Assembly (NCBI GenBank): GCA_018062815.1 | Contig: JAGORM010000002.1 | Span: 92,325-156,324 of the forward strand | Direction of reading: 5' to 3' | From: Candidatus Levyibacteriota bacterium | Lineage (GTDB): Bacteria > Patescibacteriota > Microgenomatia > Levybacterales > GWA1-39-11 | DNA length: 64,000 bases | Translations under genes and position numbers: made by a program | Notes under the pieces: model-generated | Database searches by the model: none | Seen by the model: only the letters and a program-made list of their open reading frames with translations | Told to the model about the DNA's origin: nothing | Shown here: piece after piece, positions 26,631 through 36,010 of the stretch | Numbering within the stretch: position 1 is the stretch's first letter | Layout of the letters: every line of letters starts with the position of its first letter

Positions 26631-27278
26631 ATGTATATGTTGGTTATTTGTTATATAATGGTTACCGTTATGCGACTACCTAAAGCTCTTTCCCGTGTTA
26701 TTGAAGATTTTGAACGATTGCCTGGAGTCGGACCAAAGTCTGCTCAAAGACTTGCGTTCTATCTGCTTCATGTGCCCCAGAGTAACCTAGAACAGTTTGC
26801 AAATGATTTAGTGCATTTAAAGAAAGAAACTGTTTTGTGTTCACTGTGCTATAACATTGGTGACATTGACCCTTGTTTTATTTGTGCTGATCCAGGGCGG
26901 GATAAGGCAACTCTTTGTGTAGTTGAAGATGCATTGGATGTTTTGGCAATTGAACGAAGCGGAAAATATGGAGGGGTATACCATGTTCTTCATGGAGTTG
27001 TAGACCCGCTTAACAGCATAGGTCCGGATGATATATATATTCCGCAATTATTAAGTAGGGTAAAAACATTGGGAAGTGATCTTGAGGAAATTATTTTTGC
27101 AACAAATCCTACCATGGAAGGGGAGGCCACTGCAATGTACATAGTGAGACAATTAAAGGAAAAGGCTGATGGGGTAAAGCTCACGCGCATAGGTCATGGA
27201 CTTCCTATTGGGGCAGACATAGAATATGCTGATGAAACAACACTAGACCGCGCACTTGAAGGAAGAAGGGAGTATTAG
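26631..27278 (+). CDS. recR: recombination protein RecR
   Basis: LPGVGPKSAQRLAFYLL (HhH), a C4 zinc finger (CSLC...CFIC), and Toprim DxD (VVEDALDVLAIE). The true start is probably MRLPKALS near 26670. Confidence 0.85.
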   Translation: MYMLVICYIMVTVMRLPKALSRVIEDFERLPGVGPKSAQRLAFYLLHVPQSNLEQFANDLVHLKKETVLCSLCYNIGDIDPCFICADPGRDKATLCVVEDALDVLAIERSGKYGGVYHVLHGVVDPLNSIGPDDIYIPQLLSRVKTLGSDLEEIIFATNPTMEGEATAMYIVRQLKEKADGVKLTRIGHGLPIGADIEYADETTLDRALEGRREY

Positions 27279-27360
27279 CCCAAGTTTCAATTAGGGTAGT
27301 TCTTGCAAGCTCGAATGATATTAAATATTGACATAAATTAACAATTCGGTATAATCACAA

Positions 27361-28827
27361 ATGAAACCCTCCCAAAAAAGTAAAGAAAAAATGGCAACCT
27401 CTGGAAGACTACCAGGACTCTATATTCCACCATCTCCGCACGTAGATCAGATTCCTGACAATAAATTATTCGCCCTGTCAACGGTTGATGGGCGGGATCG
27501 TCGTTTAACCAAATCAATAGCTCCTTATTTTTCAGAGTTTGCTACATTCGCAACTAGGGCAGAGATATCAGGGAAATATCTTATTGCGTTAGATAAAATG
27601 GGCGGAGTGCTTCCTCGAGCCTTAACACAGGAAGAAACTGAAACACTAGATACTTTTGGGGAGAAAATGACTGAGGCTGATGTAGAAGAGGTTAAGGCTT
27701 TTGAAAGGAAGACCAATCATGACGTTGTGGCACTACGCTTACATATGAAGAAAAAATTCAGCACGTCCTCACTAGCGGATCTTTCAGAATTTAATGATAT
27801 TTTTTTGACCTCAGATGATAAAAATAATCTCACTTTCAGACTTAACTTGATGCGGGCAACCCATGCAGTGATTCTTCCAATCCTGAATAATCTTGAATCT
27901 AACCTTGGGGGGGTGAGACAAGAGCACGCAGAAACTGTTGAGGAGGCACGAACGCATGGTCAGGCTGCCGGACCTACTACAGCTGGAAAAGAGTTTGGTG
28001 TTTTCCATGAACGACTAAGGAAACAGGTGAAAAAATTAGCAGAGCAACGTTTGACTGGAAAGTTGAATGGCGCAGTGGGAAATTGGAGTTCTATGAGGTA
28101 TGTTCATCCTGAAAAAGACTGGATTAACTTTTCAAGGGATTTTGTAGAATCCCTTGGGCTTACTCCAAATGACATGACAACGCAGATAAATCCATATGAT
28201 GATGTTGCAGAGTATCTGCAAAATTATACTAGAATTAATAACATACTTGTAGGTTTAGATGATGATATGTGGCATTATATTTCGGATAATTGGATTGTTC
28301 AGATACCAAAAGCAGGTGAGGCAGGATCTTCTGCAATGCCACAAAAAGTTAATCCAATTGATTTTGAAAAGAGTGAGGGAAATTTGGAGGAGGCAACTGA
28401 CCTCATGGAGGGATTCGCACGTAGACTTCCTAGATCCCGATTTCAAAGAGATCTGAGAGACAGTACTCAGATAAGAAACGTTGGTTTGGCTTTAGGGCTT
28501 GCGACTGTAGGTTATGCATCAATACTTGAAGGCTTTCCAAAAACTGCGATAAACGCTTCGGTGATGAAAGATGTTCTTAATAGTGACTGGACTATATTGA
28601 GCGAGCCAGTGCAGGTTTACTTACGGAGATTTACTGATGTTGCAGATCCTTATGAATTAATGAAGCAATTAGTGAGAGGTAATCATATGGGGCAAGAGCA
28701 ATGGCACGAATTAATTGATAATCTACCGGTTAGTAAGGATCATAAGGATCACTTGAAAAAACTAACACCGGAGACTTATCTTGGTTATGCTGTAGAGTTA
28801 GCAAAAGGAGTTTCAAAAAAAATATAA
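27361..28827 (+). CDS. purB: adenylosuccinate lyase (fumarate-lyase superfamily)
   Basis: LSTVDGRDRRL (compare SPVDGRY), ERKTNHDVVAL (compare ERTTNHDVKAV), and the signature GSSAMPQKVNPIDFE. Confidence 0.75.
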   Translation: MKPSQKSKEKMATSGRLPGLYIPPSPHVDQIPDNKLFALSTVDGRDRRLTKSIAPYFSEFATFATRAEISGKYLIALDKMGGVLPRALTQEETETLDTFGEKMTEADVEEVKAFERKTNHDVVALRLHMKKKFSTSSLADLSEFNDIFLTSDDKNNLTFRLNLMRATHAVILPILNNLESNLGGVRQEHAETVEEARTHGQAAGPTTAGKEFGVFHERLRKQVKKLAEQRLTGKLNGAVGNWSSMRYVHPEKDWINFSRDFVESLGLTPNDMTTQINPYDDVAEYLQNYTRINNILVGLDDDMWHYISDNWIVQIPKAGEAGSSAMPQKVNPIDFEKSEGNLEEATDLMEGFARRLPRSRFQRDLRDSTQIRNVGLALGLATVGYASILEGFPKTAINASVMKDVLNSDWTILSEPVQVYLRRFTDVADPYELMKQLVRGNHMGQEQWHELIDNLPVSKDHKDHLKKLTPETYLGYAVELAKGVSKKI

Positions 28828-28889
28828 AAGATTGTGTATCAAATTGCGCCATAACAAATACATGAGGTATTGAAGTGACATTTTTTCAG

Positions 28890-28911
28890 CCTCAATTGAG
28901 GTCGAACCTCA
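28890..28911 (+). terminator. hairpin candidate downstream of purB (cctcaattgagg / ttgaggtcgaacctcaa)
   Basis: Perfect palindrome, but no strong downstream T-tract. Confidence 0.25.
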
Positions 28912-28968
28912 ATTAGCTTTATGTTCCTGAAAACTACACTGGTTTTACATCGGATATTGTTTTTTCTC

Positions 28969-28997
28969 TTGACAAAGAATAGATAGAGTCGTATTAT
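28969..28997 (+). promoter_or_regulatory. sigma70-type promoter TTGACA-17-TATTAT upstream of the 29020 ORF
   Basis: ttgacaaagaatagatagagtcgtattat. Confidence 0.5.
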
Positions 28998-29019
28998 CAG
29001 CATATCTTACCCCAAAGAC

Positions 29020-29676
29020 ATGTCAGAAAAAACAAAACCCACACAAGAACAGGTATTTCTTCTTGAAGAGGCTCGTAAAAAGAAACAAGAGGCATCTGCC
29101 TTAGAGGCAAGCATTAATGAAGCGCGTACCCATGTTCCTGAATTAAAAGTAAAAGTTGAAGAGCTCTTGGGTATTCCTCCTGTTCAACCAAAAGTAAATA
29201 TGACACAAGAACAGGTGAAGGAAGCTCTTGAAAACCGCTTAACCAAGCCTAACATGGGGAATATTATGAATGAGATAAATCTTGATCTGGGGAATGAATG
29301 GGTTTACTTCCACAATTCCTATGTTGTATTAGGTGCTTCAGTTGATAATTCTGTTAAGGTGGATGTATTTAAAGGATTAGGCAGGGATGGAGGACGTGAT
29401 TATAACAATGACGACATTACAATAGTAATTCCTGATTTAGGAATGAAATTGATTTTACCTGATAAATCAAACAATGCTAGCATAGAATCTACACATAGAG
29501 GGAGTGAGCCGTTCACGATGCATACCACCATAGGTGCTCCGGTAAAGTCTTGGCCATTATGGAAAAGGGATATGACTATGGAGGATTATAAGCACTTTGA
29601 TGCGTTGCTAGATAGACTAACTCAGTCAGATGTGGAGAAGACTGAAGTAAAAAGACCTACAAGGCGGACTAGATAA
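29020..29676 (+). CDS. hypothetical cytoplasmic protein
   Basis: Clean ORF with its own promoter; no motif. Confidence 0.4.
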   Translation: MSEKTKPTQEQVFLLEEARKKKQEASALEASINEARTHVPELKVKVEELLGIPPVQPKVNMTQEQVKEALENRLTKPNMGNIMNEINLDLGNEWVYFHNSYVVLGASVDNSVKVDVFKGLGRDGGRDYNNDDITIVIPDLGMKLILPDKSNNASIESTHRGSEPFTMHTTIGAPVKSWPLWKRDMTMEDYKHFDALLDRLTQSDVEKTEVKRPTRRTR

Positions 29677-29699
29677 TTTACTCTGGATTTAGGATCTGA

Positions 29700-30386
29700 T
29701 TAGATTATAGTCTGCGTTAAAACAGAGTTGGCAGTTTTTTCAGAGATTATCCTAACTTCAATTTTTTTACCATCATATTTAAATCCAAGTTTAATTGTGT
29801 TTGATTCGTTATTTTTAACATACAAATTTTGTTGTGCGTTTGCTTCAGGATTTCCAGGCATAGAATAAATAGAAACACCATATTCACGTGGAATCTCAGG
29901 AATAGCCATAAAATCATGGTTAGTTGGAGCTGTAGACTTAAGACCTGCGTCTTTTGCTGCCCAGTAGATAAGTGATGCTAAATGACACACTCCGTCTCCT
30001 ATAAGATATCCGTCATGCTTATAGCCATCTTGCTCCGCAAAATTAACATCAATAGTTTTTGCTATAGAATCTTTATACTCGGGAAGTGAATCTCTTTGGA
30101 AGGTGTAGGTTTCCCCAGGCTTAAGCTCGAAGCTAAAATCAAAGGGTCTGCGTACGGTTTCCCAGTCTGGAGTAGCTGAAACAGGCATACCACGCATATA
30201 AGAAAGAGTAAGCAGAATATTATCCTTCATAACCTCATTCATGAATGATCCAGGCATTGCACGGTTTTCAAGACTCATAGAGCGCCCAACCTCAGTTTGA
30301 GGCTGATTCACTTGAGGCATTCCTCCAAAAAGAAGGGTATTTGCTACCAAAGCAAATAGAGATATGGTTAAAAATGCGTGTTTCAT
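29700..30386 (-). CDS. secreted VanW-like domain protein
   Basis: The signal peptide reads MKHAFLTISLFALVANTLLFGG. KPGETYTF...GDGVCHLASLIYWAAKDAGL...TNHDF match the VanW core (GGGVCQVSTTLYNAAL...NHS). Confidence 0.5.
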   Translation of the reverse strand: MKHAFLTISLFALVANTLLFGGMPQVNQPQTEVGRSMSLENRAMPGSFMNEVMKDNILLTLSYMRGMPVSATPDWETVRRPFDFSFELKPGETYTFQRDSLPEYKDSIAKTIDVNFAEQDGYKHDGYLIGDGVCHLASLIYWAAKDAGLKSTAPTNHDFMAIPEIPREYGVSIYSMPGNPEANAQQNLYVKNNESNTIKLGFKYDGKKIEVRIISEKTANSVLTQTII

Positions 30387-30567
30387 ATAGTTCGAACGTA
30401 ATAGTATAGCTATTGCGTTCGAAGAATACGATCTGTGCGTAAACTGTGCCTGGGGATCTTGAGAGAAGTAGACCTATAATATAGCACAAAATTGGGAAAA
30501 TGTCAAGTAGTAGAGACTTTTAAAATTGCGTCTTTACAACCCTAATGTTTTTTACCTATTATAAATT

Positions 30568-31311
30568 ATGTCCAAAAAAACATTACATAAAAAAACGATT
30601 CATAGATCTAAGAAAAAAATTCTAAGAACTAAAAAAGTTATAGTATTGTTTCTGGGTGGGGCACTCGTGTTATTACTTGGTGTTTTAAGTCTCACTTTTA
30701 TTACTCAGGAAAAGTTTTGTGCCAACTCAATTTCCTGCATTACTGATTTATCAGGAAAATATGAAGATCATGCAAAGACAGGAGTATTTTCAGGCAAGAC
30801 GATTAAGGTTCCTGTGCAAGTTGCGTTAGCTTACACAAACCCTTCGAAAAACGTATTAGGTGAAACAAGCGGAAAGAAAAAAATTAAAGTTGATTTATCA
30901 AGCCAAAGACTATATGCATATGAAGGCGATCAGATGATCATGGATTTTCCTGTTTCGACAGGAAAGTGGAATAAAACACCAACGGGTATATTTAATATTT
31001 GGGTAAAGTTATTATATACACGGATGGCAGGTGGTAGTGGGGCAGACTATTATAATCTACCAAACGTGCCCTACACTATGTTTTATTCAAACGCAGAGGT
31101 TCCGCGGGGGGCAGGATATAGTATACACGGGGCATACTGGCATAATAATTTTGGACACCCAATGAGTCACGGATGTGTGAATATGAGAATTGCTGATGCT
31201 GGCCTGCTTTTTGCGTGGGCCGATCCACAGACAACCGGATGGAACTCTAAAACCACAGAGGTAAATCAAGGCACTGAAGTTGAGGTGTACGGAGAAACAC
31301 CAGTTGAGTGA
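30568..31311 (+). CDS. L,D-transpeptidase (YkuD family), membrane-anchored
   Basis: N-terminal TM. The catalytic region reads YSIHGAYWHNNFGHPMSHGCVNMRIADAGLLFAW (H...SHGCxxM). Confidence 0.75.
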   Translation: MSKKTLHKKTIHRSKKKILRTKKVIVLFLGGALVLLLGVLSLTFITQEKFCANSISCITDLSGKYEDHAKTGVFSGKTIKVPVQVALAYTNPSKNVLGETSGKKKIKVDLSSQRLYAYEGDQMIMDFPVSTGKWNKTPTGIFNIWVKLLYTRMAGGSGADYYNLPNVPYTMFYSNAEVPRGAGYSIHGAYWHNNFGHPMSHGCVNMRIADAGLLFAWADPQTTGWNSKTTEVNQGTEVEVYGETPVE

Positions 31312-31314
31312 TTA

Positions 31315-31854
31315 TTATGTAGTTGCAAGATGAGGAACAAGATTTCCCAAGGTGCTTGATAGTCTTTCCTTTAATTCATCTAAAGATCTGTTATTTGTCC
31401 TTATGACTAGCGTAGTAACTTCAGCTCCACGTTGTCCTACCGTCCTATGATCATCTGTTTCAGCAAAATCTTCTGAATTATCAAGACCTCCATGGATCCG
31501 AAGTGCATATACAGATTCACCCTTTTGTATAAGAAACCCAACTCTAACGAGTGTATTTGGACTAAATAATGAGAAGGGGGCATCTGGGTTTTGAGCAGAT
31601 AATTTGTTGGCTTTGTTCCCTAAATTTTTATCAAAGTCTATATAAAATGCCTTTTCTTGTATTCCTCTTTTTTTTGAATCCCGTTTTTCTAAAACGTTAA
31701 CTTCATCTTTGATTCCCTCAGGGAGTTCATCGAAAAAATCATACACAGTGTTTTTTAAAAGATTTAAAAAAGATGCCTGCTCTTGAGGCAGGTTTTCAAA
31801 CGAATTAGGTTTAAAATGCAGATTGCTGTAATCTTCAGGTTCAGGCATAATCAT
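31315..31854 (-). CDS. hypothetical protein
   Basis: ORF only. Confidence 0.3.
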   Translation of the reverse strand: MIMPEPEDYSNLHFKPNSFENLPQEQASFLNLLKNTVYDFFDELPEGIKDEVNVLEKRDSKKRGIQEKAFYIDFDKNLGNKANKLSAQNPDAPFSLFSPNTLVRVGFLIQKGESVYALRIHGGLDNSEDFAETDDHRTVGQRGAEVTTLVIRTNNRSLDELKERLSSTLGNLVPHLATT

Positions 31855-31903
31855 ATTATACCAGTGGATTGAGTATAAAAAAACATGTTACAATGTTTTC
31901 TTC

Positions 31904-33181
31904 ATGAAAAAAGCTCTTATTCTTTTTCCTGCGTTTAACAGTAAAAATTACCGATACTATTTTATAGGTCAATTAATATCTCTTGCTGGAACATGGCTCC
32001 AAGTTGTAGCAGAGGGATGGCTTGTTCTAACCCTTACAAACTCAGCCTTTCTTATAGGGGTTGTAGCTGCTTGCGCAACTCTTCCAACTCTTTTTTTCTC
32101 CTTATTCGGAGGAGTAATAATTGATAGATTTTCAACTAAGAAAATTTTACTTGTGACGCAATTTTCGGCGATGGTATTGGCAGGCATATATGGAATGTTA
32201 ACGGTTCTTCATCTCATTGATATTTGGTCAATTATGCTTTTAGCATTTTTATTAGGTGTAGTTTCAGCAATTGATTTTCCTGCAAGACAAGCATTTACTG
32301 TGGAGTTAGTTGGCCGTGAGCATCTGTCCTCAGCAATTGCTCTGAATGCGGGCATTTTTAATGCAGCCAGGATAATAGGCCCTGGGTTTGCGGGAATTCT
32401 TATAGCGTTATTTGGACCTGGTGGGGCTTTTTTGGTAAATTCAGTCACATATATCGCGGCAATCATAAGTACCAATATGATAAAAACAGAAGCTAAAAAG
32501 AAAGTTATTCACCCTCATCCGATTCGTGCGATTAAAGAAGGGTTATCCTACACATTTTCCCATCCTACTATCCGAACTCTTATTATATTGGCAGCCATAA
32601 TCTCCATATTTGGGTGGTCATACACGACAATAATGCCATATATTGCAAAAAACACATTACACGCAAATGCGGCAACTTTGGGTTACCTTTATGCCGTTGC
32701 GGGAGTTGGTGCGCTTGTTGCTACATTCATAGTTTCTGCGTTGAGTAAAAAAATAAGCGGGACGGCGTTTATTGTTGGAGGGACTCTTTTGTATGCAGTA
32801 TCAATTTTTGGTTTCACATTTGCTAAAAGTTTCTTGTTTGCTTTTCCATTTCTTTTTCTGTCAGGAATAGGATTGTTATCTGCGTTTGCAAATATTAATT
32901 CGTCAGTTCAGCACTCAGTTGCAGATAAGTTTAGGGGCCGTGTTTTGAGTATTTATATTCTCTCATTTATTGGATTGCTGCCATTTGGTAACTTTCAAAT
33001 TGGACTTGTGTCAGAGTATTTTGGTCCAGAAAATGCTATAAGAATAGGGGCTGTTATTGTATTTTTTGCTGCTGTTTGGTTCTATTTTTCTCGCAAAAAA
33101 AGAAATATTGATCAGGAGAAGTATAATAAATCTCAACTTCAGGAAATTCCTGAGCCAATATTGGCTCAAGGCGAGGCTTAA
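31904..33181 (+). CDS. MFS transporter
   Basis: About 12 TM helices. The loop 2-3 reads GGVIIDRFSTKKILL, an MFS-type G-x-x-x-D-R/K motif. Confidence 0.7.
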   Translation: MKKALILFPAFNSKNYRYYFIGQLISLAGTWLQVVAEGWLVLTLTNSAFLIGVVAACATLPTLFFSLFGGVIIDRFSTKKILLVTQFSAMVLAGIYGMLTVLHLIDIWSIMLLAFLLGVVSAIDFPARQAFTVELVGREHLSSAIALNAGIFNAARIIGPGFAGILIALFGPGGAFLVNSVTYIAAIISTNMIKTEAKKKVIHPHPIRAIKEGLSYTFSHPTIRTLIILAAIISIFGWSYTTIMPYIAKNTLHANAATLGYLYAVAGVGALVATFIVSALSKKISGTAFIVGGTLLYAVSIFGFTFAKSFLFAFPFLFLSGIGLLSAFANINSSVQHSVADKFRGRVLSIYILSFIGLLPFGNFQIGLVSEYFGPENAIRIGAVIVFFAAVWFYFSRKKRNIDQEKYNKSQLQEIPEPILAQGEA

Positions 33182-33268
33182 TCTACTTGACTTTTTTTTA
33201 AAAATTCAGCACACTAGAAATGTAAGAAATTATACGTAAGGAGGTGAAGATATATTAATCACAAAGCA

Positions 33269-33475
33269 TTGAGAATAACTACATACGTTTTGGTAATTAT
33301 TGGAGCGTTAAATTGGGGAATTATTGGAGTGTTAGGAGTAAATTTTATTAATGTATTACTTGCTGGCTCACCAGTTATTGAAAAAATTATTTATATTTTA
33401 GTTGGAGCTTCTGCAGTTTATGACATTATGATAGCACGCGGAATGGGAAGATCTTACTCCAAAAAGAAAAAGTAG
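33269..33475 (+). CDS. DUF378-family small membrane protein
   Basis: GALNWGIIGVLGVNF...YILVGASAVYDI. A strong SD aaggaggtgaag lies upstream. Confidence 0.6.
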   Translation: MRITTYVLVIIGALNWGIIGVLGVNFINVLLAGSPVIEKIIYILVGASAVYDIMIARGMGRSYSKKKK

Positions 33476-33491
33476 ATATCCAAAATAGATT

Positions 33492-34448
33492 TCACTTTAG
33501 CATAATATCAATTTCTGAGATTGTATCTTTTGCTGTATGAAATTCCATAAGTCTTAGTCTCATTTCTGAAGCGCCTTCAAATCCGGCAAGATATGCCTTA
33601 TAAAATTTTTTCATAATCTCAAAATTTTTAGTATTTTCCCAGGTGGTATCAAAAAGTGAAATATGTTTTTTTAGCAGGTTTAATCTGTCATAAATAGAGA
33701 TATCTTCAGTTTTTCTTCCTGAAAATACCCATGGGTTGTGTAGCATTCCACGACCGATCATTATTCCATCAACACCGTAATTTTTTACAATTTTTTCTCC
33801 CATGTTTTTGTCTAAAATATCTCCGTTTGCCACTATGGTAGTTTTTTTACTTATCTTATTTCTTAGATTTACTGCTTTCCCAAATTCCTCAAAGTGAGCT
33901 GGAACTTTAGACATTTCAGAGGCAGTCCTTGCGTGGACAGTGATTGCAGCAGGTTTAAGCGTAAGTAAAAAACCGATCCAGTCTTCAGTTACGATTTTGT
34001 TGTATCCAATTCTTGTTTTTATAGACACAGGCAAACTGTTTCCTGCACCTTCATTTGCGGCAAGATACAGTTCTTGTGCTAGATTGGGGTTATTGATGAG
34101 CCCTGCACAGCATCCGTTTTTCACTATTTTTTTATCCGGACATCCCATATTTATATCGATTCCGTCATAACTTAGGTCTTTTAGTATTTTTGCTGCTTTA
34201 AAATAGTGATCTGGATTTTTTCCCCAAATTTGAGCAATCAAAGGGCGTTCAACATCTGTATATTTAAGGCGCTGATGAATATACCTTTCCCCGCCTTTTA
34301 TTATCCCGTCAGCATTTGTAAATTCAGTAAAGTATAAATCAGGTTTTCCAACAGAGGCGAGTACCTGTCTGAAGACGGTATCAGTCACATCTTCCATGGG
34401 CGCTTGAACAAAAAATGGAGAAGTAAGTTTTTCCCAAACGGTTTTCAT
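33492..34448 (-). CDS. dus: tRNA-dihydrouridine synthase
   Basis: FFVQAPMEDVTDTVFRQVL...YFTEF...GIDINMGCP...ITVHART is a TIM-barrel FMN Dus signature. Confidence 0.85.
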   Translation of the reverse strand: MKTVWEKLTSPFFVQAPMEDVTDTVFRQVLASVGKPDLYFTEFTNADGIIKGGERYIHQRLKYTDVERPLIAQIWGKNPDHYFKAAKILKDLSYDGIDINMGCPDKKIVKNGCCAGLINNPNLAQELYLAANEGAGNSLPVSIKTRIGYNKIVTEDWIGFLLTLKPAAITVHARTASEMSKVPAHFEEFGKAVNLRNKISKKTTIVANGDILDKNMGEKIVKNYGVDGIMIGRGMLHNPWVFSGRKTEDISIYDRLNLLKKHISLFDTTWENTKNFEIMKKFYKAYLAGFEGASEMRLRLMEFHTAKDTISEIDIMLK

Positions 34449-34528
34449 ATCATGGAATTATACCATTTGTATGATAAAAAAATGAAAATTTAGAGATAAT
34501 ATTGAATAAATATTTAGGTGTTTTGTTT

Positions 34529-34557
34529 GACATTTGAAAGATCAGGTATTATAGTTA
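34529..34557 (+). promoter_or_regulatory. sigma70-type promoter TTGACA-17-TATAGT upstream of the tandem receiver genes
   Basis: ttgacatttgaaagatcaggtattatagt. The downstream ORF appears to use a GTG start. Confidence 0.45.
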
Positions 34558-34561
34558 GCTT

Positions 34562-34930
34562 GTGGAAGAGAAAACTGACAAGAGGGTATTAATAGTAGAT
34601 GATGATACAGAATTTATTAAGGAGTTCTCACAGAAAATAGAAACGCAAGGATTACAGGTTCACAGTGCAATAACGCCAAAAGAAGCACTTGATTATATTG
34701 CTCAAAACGAAGTTGATTTTATAATACTCGATTTTGTTATGCCTGAAATGGACGGATACTCTGTATATCACATCATAAATAATGATATGAGAAAAAATAT
34801 TCCAACAATAATTTTAACTAATTTTCCAAACGCAAAAGATATGCCACAAGATCTTGAAATATATGTTAAATCTGAAACAAATCTCAACAAGTTAGCCGCA
34901 GAAATTAAAATGAAATTGAGCTCAAAATAA
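34562..34930 (+). CDS. standalone response-regulator receiver domain protein (CheY-like)
   Basis: VLIVDDD...IILDFVMPEMDGY...IILTN. Confidence 0.75.
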   Translation: MEEKTDKRVLIVDDDTEFIKEFSQKIETQGLQVHSAITPKEALDYIAQNEVDFIILDFVMPEMDGYSVYHIINNDMRKNIPTIILTNFPNAKDMPQDLEIYVKSETNLNKLAAEIKMKLSSK

Positions 34931-34932
34931 AT

Positions 34933-35310
34933 ATGAACGAAGATACAAAGAAAAAAATTCTTATAGTAGATGATGATGTAGAGTTTACAAATCGTTTTTC
35001 GGAGCGAGTGGAAGCATCTGGTCTGCACGCCGTTGTTGCGGTTACGGGTAAAGAAGCGCTTGACTATTTAACGGAGCATGAGGTTTCATTTATTGTCTTG
35101 GATTTTGTTATGCCTGAAATGGACGGATATACTTTTTATCATATATTGAAGCATGATATGAGAAAAAATATTCCTACTGTAATACTTACAAATATGGCAG
35201 GAACTCAAGATGCAGATGATCTTGAAGTGTTTATCAAATCAGAAACAAACCTTGATGAACTGATAGGTAAGATTAAAAGCCGCGTAGACGAGTTGTCGAA
35301 TGTTAAATAA
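34933..35310 (+). CDS. standalone response-regulator receiver domain protein (tandem paralog)
   Basis: ILIVDDD...IVLDFVMPEMDGYTFYHILKHDMRKNIPTVILTN is near-identical in its core to the upstream gene. Confidence 0.75.
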   Translation: MNEDTKKKILIVDDDVEFTNRFSERVEASGLHAVVAVTGKEALDYLTEHEVSFIVLDFVMPEMDGYTFYHILKHDMRKNIPTVILTNMAGTQDADDLEVFIKSETNLDELIGKIKSRVDELSNVK

Positions 35311-36010
35311 TTTTTATACCTCTTTACAAAACAAAAAAGACCCAGAAAGAGCACGCGTATCCTCCAGATTTTTCAAAACTGGAATTGGAGAGTATGGTGA
35401 GGGGGATGTTTTTATAGGACTTTCAGTTCCAGTGTCAAGAAAATTAGCCATAGAATATTCAAATTTACCGCTCTCAGACATTTCCCTATTGCTTAAATCA
35501 AGAATTCATGAAGAACGATTAATAGCGTTACTCATATTGATTATCAAATTTCAGAGAGGTGACGGTATCGCAAAACATCAGATTTACTCAAGTTACTTAA
35601 GTTATAAAAAATACATTAATAATTGGGATTTAGTAGATTTATCAGCCCCTAAAATAGTGGGTGAATATTTGAGAACCCAGAAAGATAGATCTATTCTAAT
35701 AGAGTTAGCGGAATCTAAGAGTTTATGGGATAAGCGTATTGCTATGCTTGCAACATTTCAATTTATTGTAAAAGATAGGAATTTTATTGATACATTTAGA
35801 GTGGCAACAATTTTAATACCTGAAAGGCATGATCTTGTTCAAAAGGCAGTGGGTTGGATGTTAAGAGAGGTTGGAAAAAGGATATCCGGAAAAACTGAAA
35901 AAGAATATCTAAAAATACACTACAAAAGTATGGGAAGGACGGCGTTGAGATACGCAATTGAAAGGTTTGATGAGAAAGAAAGGAAAAAATATTTATATGG
36001 CAAAATATAA
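35300..36010 (+). CDS. DNA alkylation repair enzyme (AlkD/AlkC HEAT-like repeat family)
   Basis: FFKTGIGEYGEGDVFIGLSVP...NNWDLVD...WDKRIAMLATF...QKAVGWMLREVGK. Confidence 0.65.
   Translation: MLNNFYTSLQNKKDPERARVSSRFFKTGIGEYGEGDVFIGLSVPVSRKLAIEYSNLPLSDISLLLKSRIHEERLIALLILIIKFQRGDGIAKHQIYSSYLSYKKYINNWDLVDLSAPKIVGEYLRTQKDRSILIELAESKSLWDKRIAMLATFQFIVKDRNFIDTFRVATILIPERHDLVQKAVGWMLREVGKRISGKTEKEYLKIHYKSMGRTALRYAIERFDEKERKKYLYGKI

Noticed and set aside
28881-28920. Strong intrinsic terminator after purB
   Set aside because: The palindrome is good, but the T-tract precedes rather than follows it on the coding strand. It is listed only as a weak candidate.
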